From: a virus
Lineage: Duplodnaviria; Caudoviricetes
Virus record (IMG/VR): IMGVR_UViG_3300023174_000172
Span: 1 to 62,125 of that record
Strand: one strand, 5' to 3'
DNA length: 62,125 nucleotides
Shown here: positions 52,650 through 62,119 of the stretch, in pieces
How the letters are laid out: each line of letters opens with the position of its first letter
How positions within the stretch are numbered: position 1 is the first letter of the stretch
The notes under the pieces: generated by a model
Told to the model about the DNA's origin: nothing
What the model saw: the letters and a program-made list of their open reading frames with translations, nothing else
Database searches by the model: none
Made by a program: the position numbers and the translations under genes

Positions 52650-53591
52650 TTATACAACATTTATCGTAACACATGTATATTGGGTATTAATGACTCCACC
52701 ATAACATTCCATATATGATATTATAATAAATTTATATATTCCTTTTGTTTTTATCGACCCATTAAGATTTCCACTAGATTCTAACCCTTTATCATTATTC
52801 GTATAAATTAAACCAAAAGGAACACTAAATGGTATAGAAGATTGTGTTAAACATTGACCATATTGTAACTTTATTGATGTATTAAAATATACACCAGCAT
52901 GAGTAGTAATAGTAACAGGATTTACAACAGTTTTTCCTTTAACAACATGCGGCGGTTTATTGTTACAATTATAATATCTGTTGATAGTTGGTTTAACCGG
53001 AGATGTCCTTGTAGGAGTAGGTGTTAAATTTCTTGTAGCTGTAGGAGTTGTTGTTATTGATGTTGTCGGAGTAGGAGTAGGTGTTCGGGTGGGAGTTGTT
53101 GTAGGTGTTATAGTAGGAGTAGATGTTGGTGTATTGGTAGGTAAAGGAGTGTTTGTAGGAATATGTGTCGGAGTTATCGTAGGAGTAGATGTAGGAGTAG
53201 ATGTAGGTGTTCTTGTAGAAGTAGGTGTAGGAGTAACGGTCGGAGTTCTTGTGGGAGTAGAAGTGGGGGTAGAAGTCGGAGTTTGAACTATTATATCATT
53301 AAAATATATTAATGCACTTCCACCAGAAAAACTGCAATCCTCATATGTTTTGATTAAATTTTCACAATTACAGGATTCATCCAAATTAGAAAGACTTTCG
53401 GGTACATTATAAGAGGGTTGATTATTAGAAGTAGTGCTTATACTATCATTTATACTGTCACTGCTATACAATAAACTTCTAAAAAAAGAAATATCACATA
53501 ATAATGGATTTTCCACATTAACAGGAAAATTGCCAGTTATATTGTTCTTGCTAAATGAATATGTTTTTAAAAGTTTTATTTGATCTGGCAT
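52650..53591 (-). CDS. Putative virion protein with PT stalk and small C-terminal Ig-like domain
   Basis: ~100-aa PT tract; VPFGL...SGNLNG....GIYKF resembles putative Ig domains. Confidence 0.6.
   Translation of the reverse strand: MPDQIKLLKTYSFSKNNITGNFPVNVENPLLCDISFFRSLLYSSDSINDSISTTSNNQPSYNVPESLSNLDESCNCENLIKTYEDCSFSGGSALIYFNDIIVQTPTSTPTSTPTRTPTVTPTPTSTRTPTSTPTSTPTITPTHIPTNTPLPTNTPTSTPTITPTTTPTRTPTPTPTTSITTTPTATRNLTPTPTRTSPVKPTINRYYNCNNKPPHVVKGKTVVNPVTITTHAGVYFNTSIKLQYGQCLTQSSIPFSVPFGLIYTNNDKGLESSGNLNGSIKTKGIYKFIIISYMECYGGVINTQYTCVTINVV
52990..53288 (-). repeat. Thr/Pro mucin-like coding repeat 8
   Basis: [15 protein letters not shown] tract. Confidence 0.9.
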
Positions 53592-53686
53592 ATAATTATT
53601 TATAAATTTTTTAAATATTAAATATTTATATCAACGGTTCAAATTTAAAAAATACAGAGTAAAAAAGGTAAGTATTTTTACATATT

Positions 53687-54121
53687 ATGAACCTTTATCC
53701 AGTCATTGCACAAGCCCTAGAAGTATTTAAAAGTACCACCAATACCGGAATGAATTTACCCGATCTTTTATTAGTAACCGGAATGTTAGGAGGAATTTTA
53801 GGGTTTTTTCACTTATTGGTTAATATTGGTGACAGGTTATGGAAAAAGGGAACCAGAGCCGAAGATGAAAATGCATACATCGAAAGAATATTAAATGTTT
53901 ATAGTGATAATATAAAAACATTAATAACCAAACAATTAGAGCAAATACAAAATCAAAATGAGACAATTAAAGAAATGATCACCTCATTTAGAGCAAGTGC
54001 AGAAGACTCGAAGTTAAGACACGAAATAATAATGAATTCTTTAAGAAATGTTGAAAAATCAGAAGATAGTCTAACTCAAAAAATAGATAAAATAGCCGAA
54101 AAAGTTTTTTACGGTAAGTAA
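53687..54121 (+). CDS. Single-pass membrane protein with coiled coil (holin-like candidate)
   Basis: LLLVTGMLGGILGFFHLLV helix then coiled coil; TAAGTA at 53669-53674. Confidence 0.5.
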   Translation: MNLYPVIAQALEVFKSTTNTGMNLPDLLLVTGMLGGILGFFHLLVNIGDRLWKKGTRAEDENAYIERILNVYSDNIKTLITKQLEQIQNQNETIKEMITSFRASAEDSKLRHEIIMNSLRNVEKSEDSLTQKIDKIAEKVFYGK

Positions 54122-54127
54122 TATAAT

Positions 54128-56302
54128 ATGGGCATTAGAATTTCGCAATTACCAGAAACACAAACTATTGATGTTACAAAAGACATTATACCCATAGTTC
54201 AAGAAGGTGTTACTAAAAAAATATTATTAGATAATATACAACACCCTGATGCTTTATCCGTTTTTAGTAACGTTAACATATTAAGTTCTAATTGGAATTC
54301 TGTTTATACTTCTGTTAATCCTGTAAGTTCTAATTGGAATTCTGTTTATACTTCTGTTTTAAATACTTCGGCTAATTGGAATTCTGTTTATACATCTGTT
54401 TTAAATACTTCGGCTAATTGGAATTCTGTTTATACTTCTGTTAATCCTGTAAGTTCTAATTGGAATTCTGTTTATACTTCTGTTTTAAATGCTTCGGCTA
54501 GTAATGCTTCTATAAATTATGTCAATTCTAATTATTTTCCGATTACAGGAGGAACAATAACAGGTCCGGTTGAAATAAATGCATCAGCATACAACAATAT
54601 ATTAAAATTAAAAAATTTAGGTAGTACCTTTTTCGTAACGATAGCGGATGAGCCTTTGACAAATGGATATTCTGCTCCATTTGGATCTTTTGGAACTTCA
54701 ACTGATGATGGATTTTGCATAAAATATGGAGAAGGTGAAACTCAATGGGGTAAGGTTGTTTACAGTACCAATGAAACCGATGGTAATATAGCTAATATTA
54801 CAAATTTAAAACTAGAAAAATTAAAAGATGGTTATAACAATTTTGTTTTAGATACAACTGGTGGATTTCAGGTTTATAATACAATTAATTCAAATAAAGC
54901 TATAGCAATCGTAGATGATCAAGAATTATATAATGTTTTTAATGAAGTAGTATTAGATTTTACAGATAAATTTTATATTAAAAAAAGCACAAGAATAGAT
55001 GCTGATGTTACTATTTTTGGTAATCTAACCTCAACTGGTACTCAGACATTTACAAACACTATATTTTCAACAACAAGCGCATTAAGTGTTGTACATATCG
55101 GAACCGGACCAGCAGTATGGATTGGCAATAACGGAACCGGAGACATTGCATCTTTTTACGATATAGATCAAAACATAGAAGTTCTTCATGTTGGCGGTGT
55201 TAACTCAACATATCCTAATGTTGGTATTAAAACATCCAATCCCAATAAAGAATTAACCGTAAACGGTTCAATAAGTTCTAATAACAATATTTATGATAAA
55301 AACGGTAATTCCGGTCAATGGAATTCTGTTTATACTATATTACAAAGTAATTCTGCTTCTTATTTAAAAACTTCTACAGCTTCGGTTGTTATAGCTCAAC
55401 CAGGAGATAATATAACCGAAAAGTATGCAGAAACCGTAGCATTGTCATTAATTACAGGACAAAGAACTAATGTTAACAGAGCTACTTTATTATTACTTCC
55501 CGGTGAATATCCTCTTAATGATGAACCAATTTTTGATGAAGAATTTGTTGATGTTATTGCACTAGGATCATCTGAAAAAAAACCAAGCGTGTTCATTGAA
55601 GATGGCTCAATTCATGTTACAGCAAACGATGTCAGAGTAGTTGGTATTAGCACTAAAGGACACCCATTTGATATTTCAGGTGGACCTCTACAAGTTTTTG
55701 AAAATTGTTCTGGCGGCAATAATAGTTTTGGTGGTGGTGGTGTCACAGCAAGCGGAAATTTTGTGAATTGCACAGGTGGAGATCAAAGTTTTGGGGGCGT
55801 AGGTGGTGGCGATGCAAGTGGAACATTTACAAACTGTATTGGTGGATTTGCGAGTTTTGGTGCTACCACAACAGCAAGCGGAAATTTTGTGAATTGCACA
55901 GGTGGAGAATACTCGTTTGGTGGGGCAGGAGGAGCAAGTGGAGCATTTACAAATTGCACAGGTGGAGAATACTCGTTTGGGGGAGATGGAGGAATAGCAA
56001 GTGGAGATTTTGAAAATTGCACTGGTGGCGTAGGGGCTTTTGCTTATGCTGGAGAAGCAAACGGGACTTTTAAGAATTGCCGAGGTTTAGATTTTAGTTT
56101 TGGTGGGACAGGAATTGCAAGCGGAATATTTACAAATTGTGTGGGTGGAGCAGATTCATTTGGAGGAGATGGAGGCACTGCAAGCGGAAGCTTTTTTTAT
56201 TGCAGAATTACTTTTGGTTTATTCCAAACGCCAACCGGAGCTGGTATTATTCGCCTATGCATTGATGGAAATAATGACGTAGTAAACGCACAAGCTATAT
56301 AA
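54128..56302 (+). CDS. Tail fibre/spike protein with 14-aa repeats and C-terminal Gly/Cys beta-helix-like repeats
   Basis: RISQLP N-terminus, NWNSVYTSV repeats, VGIKTSNPNKELTVNGSIS, LLPGEY, ASG.F.NC.GG..SFGG repeats. Confidence 0.78.
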   Translation: MGIRISQLPETQTIDVTKDIIPIVQEGVTKKILLDNIQHPDALSVFSNVNILSSNWNSVYTSVNPVSSNWNSVYTSVLNTSANWNSVYTSVLNTSANWNSVYTSVNPVSSNWNSVYTSVLNASASNASINYVNSNYFPITGGTITGPVEINASAYNNILKLKNLGSTFFVTIADEPLTNGYSAPFGSFGTSTDDGFCIKYGEGETQWGKVVYSTNETDGNIANITNLKLEKLKDGYNNFVLDTTGGFQVYNTINSNKAIAIVDDQELYNVFNEVVLDFTDKFYIKKSTRIDADVTIFGNLTSTGTQTFTNTIFSTTSALSVVHIGTGPAVWIGNNGTGDIASFYDIDQNIEVLHVGGVNSTYPNVGIKTSNPNKELTVNGSISSNNNIYDKNGNSGQWNSVYTILQSNSASYLKTSTASVVIAQPGDNITEKYAETVALSLITGQRTNVNRATLLLLPGEYPLNDEPIFDEEFVDVIALGSSEKKPSVFIEDGSIHVTANDVRVVGISTKGHPFDISGGPLQVFENCSGGNNSFGGGGVTASGNFVNCTGGDQSFGGVGGGDASGTFTNCIGGFASFGATTTASGNFVNCTGGEYSFGGAGGASGAFTNCTGGEYSFGGDGGIASGDFENCTGGVGAFAYAGEANGTFKNCRGLDFSFGGTGIASGIFTNCVGGADSFGGDGGTASGSFFYCRITFGLFQTPTGAGIIRLCIDGNNDVVNAQAI
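54284..54500 (+). repeat. 42-bp tandem coding repeat, 5 copies
   Basis: aattggaattctgtttatacWtctgtt core; SSNWNSVYTSVNPV / SANWNSVYTSVLNT units. Confidence 0.92.
55695..56205 (+). repeat. About 20-aa Gly/Cys repeats (8 plus one partial)
   Basis: F.NC.GG..SFGG..ASG units. Confidence 0.85.
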
Positions 56303-56306
56303 AAAT

Positions 56307-59039
56307 ATGAATACGAAATTTAATAACACAATAGTAGAAACAAATGGAGTTCGCACAATAGCTGGTGGAGGAACAGGAACAACAACACTTGGATCATTAA
56401 GAGATAGTCTAGAGGTATTATCATTAAGCGGTGGAGTAATTTCTGCAAATACTACTACAAATGCACTTAGAATTACTCAAACGGGAACAGGAAATGCTCT
56501 TTTAATCGAAGATGATACAAATCCAGATTCCACTTCTTTTCTTATCGATCAAAAGGGAACACTTGTGATTGGTGCTAGTGCTGCATCAGGCACAGTTTCA
56601 AACGCAACTAGACTTGCTCAATTTGTTTCAATTGGTGCGCCTGGACTATCTCAAGGAGGAGGTTCGGGAAAGCGTATTTTCGAGTTAAGAAATCATGCTG
56701 ATTCTGGTACTTCCAACGTTTTAAGATTCATAAAAACACGCTCTAACGACTCGAACGATTTTCGAGTTTTTAATTATCCTTTATCTGCTGGAGATTCATC
56801 GGGATCAATACAGTTTTATGGTAATGCATCAAGTCTTGTTTCAATAGATGCTGTAAATAAATATGATACATTTGCGGGAAATCCCGCTCTAGGTTCTACG
56901 TTATTATTTGGTATGTTATCGGGTGGAGAAAGAGTTTATCCTTTAATATTAAATGAAAATAAAGTTGGGATTGGTGGAACTGACAATCCCAATGAAGCAT
57001 TAACGGTTGTTGGAAATATTTCTGCTACTGGAAATATTGGGATAGGTGGAGATATAAACGTAAAAAATAACGAAATTAATATATATGGCGATGCTGCTTC
57101 TTCTTTAGCTGGGCAAAGATATGGATTAAATTTAACTAATTTGGATAGTTTCGATCCCGGTCAGCCTTTAACCGTTGATGGACGCGCCAGAATTGTACAT
57201 GGGATGACATTTCAGGCAGGTATTAACAACTTTACTAACGGATCTGATCACACTCATGTTTTATGGGCCGCACAAAATAGAAATTTATGGCAGATGATTC
57301 AAAATGGAGGAAATTCAACATTCGATAAAAATTACTTTACTCTAACAACAGTAGGATATAATTCTACTCTAACATTTTTTAATGAAGCAAATATTTATAG
57401 TGTTGATACAACAAATTCTACCATAAATGCATCTTTTCCGTTTGCGTTATCTAATGTTAGAATTGCGTTTAATACTAACCAAACTCCAAATTTAATAGCT
57501 GGTGATTATGTTTCTATAGGTTTTAATCCGGGTGCGGCGGGTATCGTGGCAAATACCTATACCGGAACCGTAGCAAGTGGACCTACCTCGGTTACTATAA
57601 ATGGTTCTACTAGATTCCAGTATACATTTACCTTAAACATGTTCAATACATTGAATTGGGTAGAATCTAGTAAAGGATTGGAACTTGTAAGCGTAAATGC
57701 CAGCGGAAATAAAAATGTAAGAGTTTCAACTTCACCCGAAACATTAACCGGAACAAAAGTATCCTTACAAGGTAATTACAATAATATACCTAGATTTGTT
57801 CTTGTGACTATGAACGGTCACAACGCATACGAAGGAGAATCTGTGGTATTCAATAATCTTGTTAGTTTAATAGGAATATCGATTGGACAATGGAATGCTT
57901 ACGTAAGACATGTTATAAATGCTAATCAATTTGTTATATCTATTGGTAATCCGATTGGTGGATATGTCAACAGCACCGGAACAACCACAAACACAACTGA
58001 TTGGTTTATTGTTAAAGGTTCTACTGATGCTATACACCAATACAATGCAGCACTCCAACATTTAGTAATACAACGATTTCCGAATTCTGACACATCAACT
58101 ACTACAACAGGTGGAAATCGAGCCGTAGCACTAGGAAATTCGGCTGAAGTAGATGGTGATTTTTCTTATGCTTTAGGTTATAAATCAACTGTTACCGGAA
58201 ATAAATCAGTAGTACTCGGAGGAGAAAATAATTATGTCACCGGAAACAATTCTTCTATATTAGGTGGTAGTCATAATAGCATACAAGGAAATAATATATT
58301 TACTCTAGGTTCTAATTTAACAGCTTCTGTTGCAAATACAACCTATACAAATAATTTAAGTGTTATTGGAGATATGTATTCTTCTGGTAATATTATTTAT
58401 GATGGCAGTGAATTTATAAATAAATTACCAACAACATCCACTTTAACAACATCAGGAACTTTGTTTATAAATAATGGCGGTGCTACTGGAACATCAATTG
58501 CCTGTGCATCACAACAATTGTTTTTAGTTCCTATATGGGTTCCGACTGATTGCAAAATAAATCAAGCTGGTGTTTATACTTCTACCAATGGAACTTCGGT
58601 TGATATTAAAATTTGCATTTATGATGGAAAATTTGATGGACGACCCGGCAAACGAATAAGTCCGGTTATAACCGTTCCTACCGGAAATACTTCTGTTTTT
58701 GGTGGAAGCACAATTTCACCATCATTAACACTAAAAAGGGGCAATTACTATGCTGGTATTATGGCTTTTGGCGCATCGGCAAATTTAAATAGAAGTATAG
58801 CAGGAAATTTAAGTATGGCGAATGGATCGGCTTTAATGTCTGGTATATATAGAATGTTACCGGGTTATTTTGATCCGCAAGGATCTCATTTAATAACAGC
58901 CGTTTCTTCAGGATCGGAACCACCAGATGATTTATCATCAAGAACATTAGATACAGCGTCTGGTGCTGGAACAGGTATTACAACAACAATAAGATATAGA
59001 TTATCTGCTCCTTTTGTTTATTTTAAACTAGAAATATAA
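56307..59039 (+). CDS. Tail fibre protein
   Basis: IAGGGTGTT, ALRITQTGTGNALLIED, VGIG..NPNEALTVVGNISA, S.VLGGENN / SSILGGSHN repeats. Confidence 0.78.
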   Translation: MNTKFNNTIVETNGVRTIAGGGTGTTTLGSLRDSLEVLSLSGGVISANTTTNALRITQTGTGNALLIEDDTNPDSTSFLIDQKGTLVIGASAASGTVSNATRLAQFVSIGAPGLSQGGGSGKRIFELRNHADSGTSNVLRFIKTRSNDSNDFRVFNYPLSAGDSSGSIQFYGNASSLVSIDAVNKYDTFAGNPALGSTLLFGMLSGGERVYPLILNENKVGIGGTDNPNEALTVVGNISATGNIGIGGDINVKNNEINIYGDAASSLAGQRYGLNLTNLDSFDPGQPLTVDGRARIVHGMTFQAGINNFTNGSDHTHVLWAAQNRNLWQMIQNGGNSTFDKNYFTLTTVGYNSTLTFFNEANIYSVDTTNSTINASFPFALSNVRIAFNTNQTPNLIAGDYVSIGFNPGAAGIVANTYTGTVASGPTSVTINGSTRFQYTFTLNMFNTLNWVESSKGLELVSVNASGNKNVRVSTSPETLTGTKVSLQGNYNNIPRFVLVTMNGHNAYEGESVVFNNLVSLIGISIGQWNAYVRHVINANQFVISIGNPIGGYVNSTGTTTNTTDWFIVKGSTDAIHQYNAALQHLVIQRFPNSDTSTTTTGGNRAVALGNSAEVDGDFSYALGYKSTVTGNKSVVLGGENNYVTGNNSSILGGSHNSIQGNNIFTLGSNLTASVANTTYTNNLSVIGDMYSSGNIIYDGSEFINKLPTTSTLTTSGTLFINNGGATGTSIACASQQLFLVPIWVPTDCKINQAGVYTSTNGTSVDIKICIYDGKFDGRPGKRISPVITVPTGNTSVFGGSTISPSLTLKRGNYYAGIMAFGASANLNRSIAGNLSMANGSALMSGIYRMLPGYFDPQGSHLITAVSSGSEPPDDLSSRTLDTASGAGTGITTTIRYRLSAPFVYFKLEI

Positions 59040-59043
59040 AAAT

Positions 59044-59340
59044 ATGAATACTGAAATGTATAAATTTGTCATAGATGGAATTGCTTATGATAATCGCACC
59101 TTAGAAACCACAAAAGAACAAAAAATAAAAATATTGAGAGAGCTTACTACACAAAATATAATAGAATTTGAAGGGATAGATTTGTTTACTCAAATAAATG
59201 CATCATTAAGTATTTATAATGAAGAAAGATCAGAAGAAATAAAAAATAAAATTTCTTATTGGGTAAATAGATATAATGCTGCTAAAATAAAAGTATTATA
59301 TGCTTTATCAAATGATGAAATTGATAATATAATTTTATAA
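59044..59340 (+). CDS. Small protein, possible tail fibre assembly chaperone
   Basis: Follows fibre gene; LE..KE.KI..L and ...EIDNI end pattern. Confidence 0.55.
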   Translation: MNTEMYKFVIDGIAYDNRTLETTKEQKIKILRELTTQNIIEFEGIDLFTQINASLSIYNEERSEEIKNKISYWVNRYNAAKIKVLYALSNDEIDNIIL

Positions 59341-59355
59341 AAATTAATTATTACT

Positions 59356-59499
59356 ATGAATACTGGCGCAGGAAAAGGAGACAAAGATAGGTCTACATAT
59401 AAAAAAGATTTTAAAAATAATTTTGATGCTATAAAATGGGAAAAATCCGAAAAATCTTCAATAATTAAAAAAAATAAAAAAATATATGTATATAAATAA
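59356..59499 (+). CDS. Small basic hypothetical protein (47 aa), absent from ORF track
   Basis: MNTGAGKGDKDRSTYKKDFKNNFDAIKW... fills the gap exactly. Confidence 0.6.
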   Translation: MNTGAGKGDKDRSTYKKDFKNNFDAIKWEKSEKSSIIKKNKKIYVYK

Positions 59500-59508
59500 G
59501 TATTAGAT

Positions 59509-60297
59509 ATGCGAGATTCGGATACAATTTTATTAGAAGATATTTATACTAACCAAATACTTTTAAACGAAGCTGCCCCTAGACAAAGAAGCCGAATTCA
59601 AGGAGCATGGGACCGAATGGCAGGAGGACCATTAGAGCATCCGACAAGCATGGCCAGAAACAATTTGATGGATGTTTATAGAGATGTTTGGGAAGCTTTA
59701 GAAAATGATTGGGAAGCAAATAACGCAACATCAAGAAATTCTCCTATTCCTATAACATTAGACTATTTGGCCGATTTCTTAAAAAGAAATTATCCGCAAA
59801 TAAATACATCACAAATTGTTGATCCTTTAGCCCTAGAATATTCTCGTAATGGTAATCTTAGCTATACCGACGAATTGGATGAACAAATTAGTGGCGATTT
59901 CTTATATGATGCATTAGCCGATTACTATGAAAGTATAGGTGGTATAAATAAAACGAATGCCAATCTTCCTAACGCTCAATCTACACAACAAACTAATAAT
60001 CCGCCCCCTTCCCCAAATCAACAACCTTCTCAAAATCAACCCCCTTCTTCAAATCAACAACCTAACAATCAAACTCAACCAAATACTACACCGAATACAC
60101 CAACAGCACCACAACCCACAACACCCACAAATAATAAAAAAACAAAATTACCATCTAGTAAGTCAAGGGAAATGTTTAGCGACGAAAAAAAGAAACCTAG
60201 CTTATGGAAAAGATATAAAAATTTTGCAAAAAATCAAGCCAAAACAGGTTATAGTGATGCTGCAAAAAGATCAAAATCTCAAATAGTACATACCTAA
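59509..60297 (+). CDS. Hypothetical protein, probable head internal protein
   Basis: TAAGTA upstream; LLEDIY..LLNE|A possible gp21 cleavage site; P/Q/N/T low-complexity tract and basic tail. Confidence 0.6.
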   Translation: MRDSDTILLEDIYTNQILLNEAAPRQRSRIQGAWDRMAGGPLEHPTSMARNNLMDVYRDVWEALENDWEANNATSRNSPIPITLDYLADFLKRNYPQINTSQIVDPLALEYSRNGNLSYTDELDEQISGDFLYDALADYYESIGGINKTNANLPNAQSTQQTNNPPPSPNQQPSQNQPPSSNQQPNNQTQPNTTPNTPTAPQPTTPTNNKKTKLPSSKSREMFSDEKKKPSLWKRYKNFAKNQAKTGYSDAAKRSKSQIVHT

Positions 60298-60301
60298 AAT
60301 A

Positions 60302-60330
60302 TTGACACGGCTATAAACATTCTGTATGCT
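60302..60330 (+). promoter_or_regulatory. Sigma70-type promoter
   Basis: TTGACA-17 bp-TATGCT, 8 nt before ATG 60339. Confidence 0.75.
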
Positions 60331-60338
60331 GTGTATAG

Positions 60339-61415
60339 ATGTTCGTAATATATAATCAAAAAGAATGGTCGGAAATACTACAAGAATTTCCAAAACCAGA
60401 TAATTCTATAAAAGAACTTGTATGGGAAAAAACAAGAAATTTTCAGGTTCCTTTGGTAGAAATCGAAGAAATTGATGCAAAAGAAGATTTTGAAAAATTA
60501 AAAAATCTAGATACATCAACACTATTAAAAACCGACAATCTTTTCAGCAGATATGAATATACATGGGATCTAGGAAACAAATATATAGATTCTTGCAATG
60601 TCGGAAACAAGTCATCCAATTATTTTCATCAAGATATAAGATTTAAGTGTGATTCCATAAATTCTCCATCACCATATAGAACATGGAACGATAAGAAATT
60701 TTTCATGACTCTTTTAAATGCTCTATGGACCTTAAAGGTTAAAGAGGTTACATCAGAAACACTAAGAACCTGTATAGCTCTTAGAAAATACATAGCCAGC
60801 CAATTTAGACCATCAGCCGCAAAATTTATGTATGATTACTTTAAGGCTGAAACGGTATTAGATTTTAGTTCTGGATGGGGTGACAGGCTTTCTGGAGCAA
60901 TGGCATCAGATTATGTTAAATCTTATACAGGAATAGATCCAAATAAAAATCTAGTCGAAAATTACAATAAACAAATCGAACTTTTTGGTAATACTAAAAA
61001 TATTCAAATGATTCCAGAACCAGCCGAAGATGCTATTAAAAATCTAAATGATGAATTTGATCTAATATTCACCAGTCCTCCTTATTTTATAATCGAACGC
61101 TATTCCAAGGACTCTTCGCAATCATGGCAAAGATACAAAAAAATCGACAAATGGTTAAATGGTTTTTTATTTCCGGTATTAGAAAATTCTTGGAAACTAT
61201 TAAAAAACGGTGGTCATATAGCAATCAATATTAGCGATGTTTACTGCAATCATACCATAAACAGAATATGTGATCCTATGAATAATTTTATTGATGGATT
61301 GACAAATTCTACTAAAGTTGATAATTTAAACTACCGAATGATGAAAAGAACAAATAGTAAATCGGACAGAGAAGGAATTTTTGTAGAACCAAACTGGATA
61401 TGGAAAAAGAATTAA
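60339..61415 (+). CDS. SAM-dependent amino-DNA methyltransferase (putative)
   Basis: VLDFSSGWGDRL SAM motif, YTGIDPN, FTSPPYF catalytic motif. Confidence 0.8.
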   Translation: MFVIYNQKEWSEILQEFPKPDNSIKELVWEKTRNFQVPLVEIEEIDAKEDFEKLKNLDTSTLLKTDNLFSRYEYTWDLGNKYIDSCNVGNKSSNYFHQDIRFKCDSINSPSPYRTWNDKKFFMTLLNALWTLKVKEVTSETLRTCIALRKYIASQFRPSAAKFMYDYFKAETVLDFSSGWGDRLSGAMASDYVKSYTGIDPNKNLVENYNKQIELFGNTKNIQMIPEPAEDAIKNLNDEFDLIFTSPPYFIIERYSKDSSQSWQRYKKIDKWLNGFLFPVLENSWKLLKNGGHIAINISDVYCNHTINRICDPMNNFIDGLTNSTKVDNLNYRMMKRTNSKSDREGIFVEPNWIWKKN

Positions 61416-61846
61416 AGTGGGTCAATAGATGGTTTCAGTTAGTTGATTTAGCAGCTTCTTGGTCTTATGATAAAACAAAGGTAGGAGCAGTAATCATACC
61501 AGAAAATTCGGATGTTCCATTAATCGGTTGGAACGGATTTCCTAGAAAAGTAAAAGATCTAGCCGAAAGATACGAAAACCGAGAATTAAAATATAAACTA
61601 ATTGTACATGCGGAAATGAATGCTTTATTGAATTCATCACACAATGGAATAAATGTAAAAAATGGAACACTATTCGTATCATATTTTCCTTGTAATGAAT
61701 GTGCAAAATCCATAGCCCAAGCCGGAATAAAGAAAATATATTATAAAAACAATGATCCTGATTTTTTTGAAAGATGGAAAGAATCTATAAAAATTAGTAA
61801 ATTAATATTTGACGAAACACAAATACATTACATAGAACATAAATAA
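61400..61846 (+). CDS. dCMP deaminase
   Basis: KVGAVI, GWNGFP, HAEMNAL, PCNECAK..QAGIK. Confidence 0.92.
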   Translation: MEKELKWVNRWFQLVDLAASWSYDKTKVGAVIIPENSDVPLIGWNGFPRKVKDLAERYENRELKYKLIVHAEMNALLNSSHNGINVKNGTLFVSYFPCNECAKSIAQAGIKKIYYKNNDPDFFERWKESIKISKLIFDETQIHYIEHK

Positions 61847-61851
61847 TAATT

Positions 61852-62094
61852 ATGGGAAGAAAGAAAAAACAAATAGTTGAACGAATAATACTTAAACCAG
61901 AAATAGAAGAACCCAAAAAGAACGTAGGATTTTCTAAAAATAAAAAATTATGCGAAGAGATAACAAGAGGTTCGTGTTTAAGACCGGACATTTTTCTTAA
62001 AAACCGAGATTGTGATGATTGTTATTTAAATGAATTTTGTATAGCTCCTAATAAAATATTCTCAAAGGACAAAAAAAGAAAAAAGAACCATTGA
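61852..62094 (+). CDS. Small basic Cys-containing hypothetical protein
   Basis: CLRPDIFL...CDDCYLNEFC. Confidence 0.6.
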   Translation: MGRKKKQIVERIILKPEIEEPKKNVGFSKNKKLCEEITRGSCLRPDIFLKNRDCDDCYLNEFCIAPNKIFSKDKKRKKNH

Positions 62095-62119
62095 CAAAGT
62101 TTTTATATTCTGATACATT
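62091..62119 (+). promoter_or_regulatory. Sigma70-type promoter for gene beyond window
   Basis: TTGACA-17 bp-TACATT. Confidence 0.65.

Noticed and set aside
19036-53286. Val/Gly-rich ORFs (e.g. 19036-19383, 29495-29992, 38747-39151, 39308-39607, 40688-40996, 52981-53286)
   Set aside because: Antisense shadows of the Thr/Pro tracts; reverse complements of ACN/CCN codons lack stops.
33790-56302. Diversity-generating retroelement acting on fibre tips
   Set aside because: No reverse transcriptase and no template/variable repeat pair differing at adenines was seen.
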